A stretch of 64,000 nucleotides of DNA from a virus. Lineage: Duplodnaviria > Caudoviricetes. Both the position numbers and the translations under genes were made by a program. Under the pieces are notes generated by a model that was given only the letters and a program-made list of their open reading frames with translations, did no database searches and had not been told where the DNA came from. Numbering within the stretch: the stretch's first letter is position 1; each line of letters starts with the position of its first letter. The stretch lies in IMG/VR virus record IMGVR_UViG_3300029288_000161, positions 6,937 through 70,936 of that record, one strand, 5' to 3'. Positions 63,092 through 64,000 of the stretch are shown one piece after another.

Positions 63092-64000
63092 TTTGTTTGG
63101 TGATTAATGATTTCATAATTTCTTTGAATGTAGTTTCCTCGGTTTGAATTTCGGTCCGGGAACCGGTTGCTTCCCTCTCCATGAGCATCCTTGTTATAAT
63201 GATATCGTATATACGCTCATCCACTGTTCCTTTTCCGAGGAAATAATAACAGTTAACATTATTTTTTTGCCCAATCCTATGCTCCCGATCCTCTGCCTGA
63301 CTTTGATCTTTATAAGTCCAGCCCATTTCTATACATAGCCAATCGGATGCTGCGGTTAAAGTAAAGCCCGTACCGCCTCTTTTATAAGTTAGAACTATCA
63401 ATTTATATTTTGGGTCCTCTTGGAATTTCTTGATATTGTCCCGGACTTCTTCATCTGAAACATCACCGGTAACAAGTAATACATCATCAAAATTGTTCTT
63501 TATGAAATTAGCTGTTTCCTTAAACCATGTGAAAATTACCAGCTTTTTGTCCTGAAACAATAAGTCCTCAACAAATTGTTTAACGGCTGAAAGTTTCCCC
63601 CTTGCCGAAAGTTTTTTTAATATACCAAGTTGAACCAAGAGTTCAGCCCTCATCGCTGCATCAATCTTTTCAGGATCGACATTCTTACTTAATAAGTAAC
63701 TCTGCAGGTTGATTAATGCATGATCGTACTCTTCCTGATTATCGATATCAACTTTAATGATTTGGCGAACCTTATCGGGTAATTCTTTAAGAACCTGAAA
63801 TTTCTCCCGGCGAATGAAGCAGATGGATCGTAATTTAATATTTAGGTCCGATAGATTTTGAGGAAGAGCTTTCGAATTATTGAAAAATCCTTTGTTCGCC
63901 GTATAGTATTGCTTAATGAATTTAAAGTATCCACCGAATTTTTCTATTTGTCCAATCATATCAAGCAGGGCTCCGAGATCGGCCGGCCCTTTACAATTGG
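63081..64000 (-). CDS. SNF2-family helicase, 5' part outside the window
   Basis: Frame is open to base 64000; KLVIFTWF, RGGTGFTLTAA and QAEDREHRIGQ (motifs IV-VI). Confidence 0.9.
   Translation of the reverse strand, partial: NCKGPADLGALLDMIGQIEKFGGYFKFIKQYYTANKGFFNNSKALPQNLSDLNIKLRSICFIRREKFQVLKELPDKVRQIIKVDIDNQEEYDHALINLQSYLLSKNVDPEKIDAAMRAELLVQLGILKKLSARGKLSAVKQFVEDLLFQDKKLVIFTWFKETANFIKNNFDDVLLVTGDVSDEEVRDNIKKFQEDPKYKLIVLTYKRGGTGFTLTAASDWLCIEMGWTYKDQSQAEDREHRIGQKNNVNCYYFLGKGTVDERIYDIIITRMLMEREATGSRTEIQTEETTFKEIMKSLITKQNDN

Noticed and set aside
307-63338. Plus-strand ORFs in the track (for example 11692-12270, 56227-56802, 56989-57513)
   Set aside because: They lie antisense to well-supported minus-strand genes and show no recognisable motifs; treated as shadow frames.
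1-64000. CRISPR array, DGR or retron
   Set aside because: No regularly spaced repeat-spacer series, no reverse transcriptase and no template/variable repeat pair; fibre repeats are protein-level.
1-64000. Stop-codon reassignment as in some Bacteroidota phages
   Set aside because: Long genes are intact under the standard code and both TAG and TGA end genes at sensible boundaries.

Overview
The window is a 64-kb slice of a large (more than 64 kb) contractile-tailed phage or prophage. Almost all credible genes are on the minus strand. The host is most likely in Bacteroidota: several TTTG-N19-22-TAnnTT(T/A)G promoters, no Shine-Dalgarno sites seen before the genes checked, and a Bacteroidota-type lipoprotein and replication initiator. 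In transcription order (64000 to 1) the modules are: SNF2-like helicase, Sak4-like ATPase, Gp157-like protein and exonuclease (recombination); lambda-like replication (initiator with internal iterons, loader ATPase, VRR-NUC nuclease); amidase plus a spanin-like protein; DnaQ-like exonuclease and ParB; about 25 kb of accessory genes with five DNA methyltransferases, a minimal PolX, HD, GNAT, ASCH, LPD29 and an outer-membrane-barrel-like protein, with the terminase large subunit in the middle; a portal-MuF fusion, protease, decoration protein, capsid, neck, sheath and tube; a lipoprotein moron; a tail chaperone with a -1 frameshift; tape measure, baseplate and tail fibres. The most interesting non-coding signal is a conserved promoter plus leader cassette (AAAGCAACAATAA...GCCATG) that recurs in front of accessory operons. 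A structured operon-end RNA at 13820-13951 carries its antisense copy, including the start codon, which suggests one sRNA could silence a whole class of phage mRNAs. Two more GC-rich structured operon-end RNAs occur at 27587-27748 and 47734-47949. No tRNA, CRISPR array, integrase, reverse transcriptase or stop-codon recoding was seen. All family assignments come from motif recognition by eye; no searches were run.
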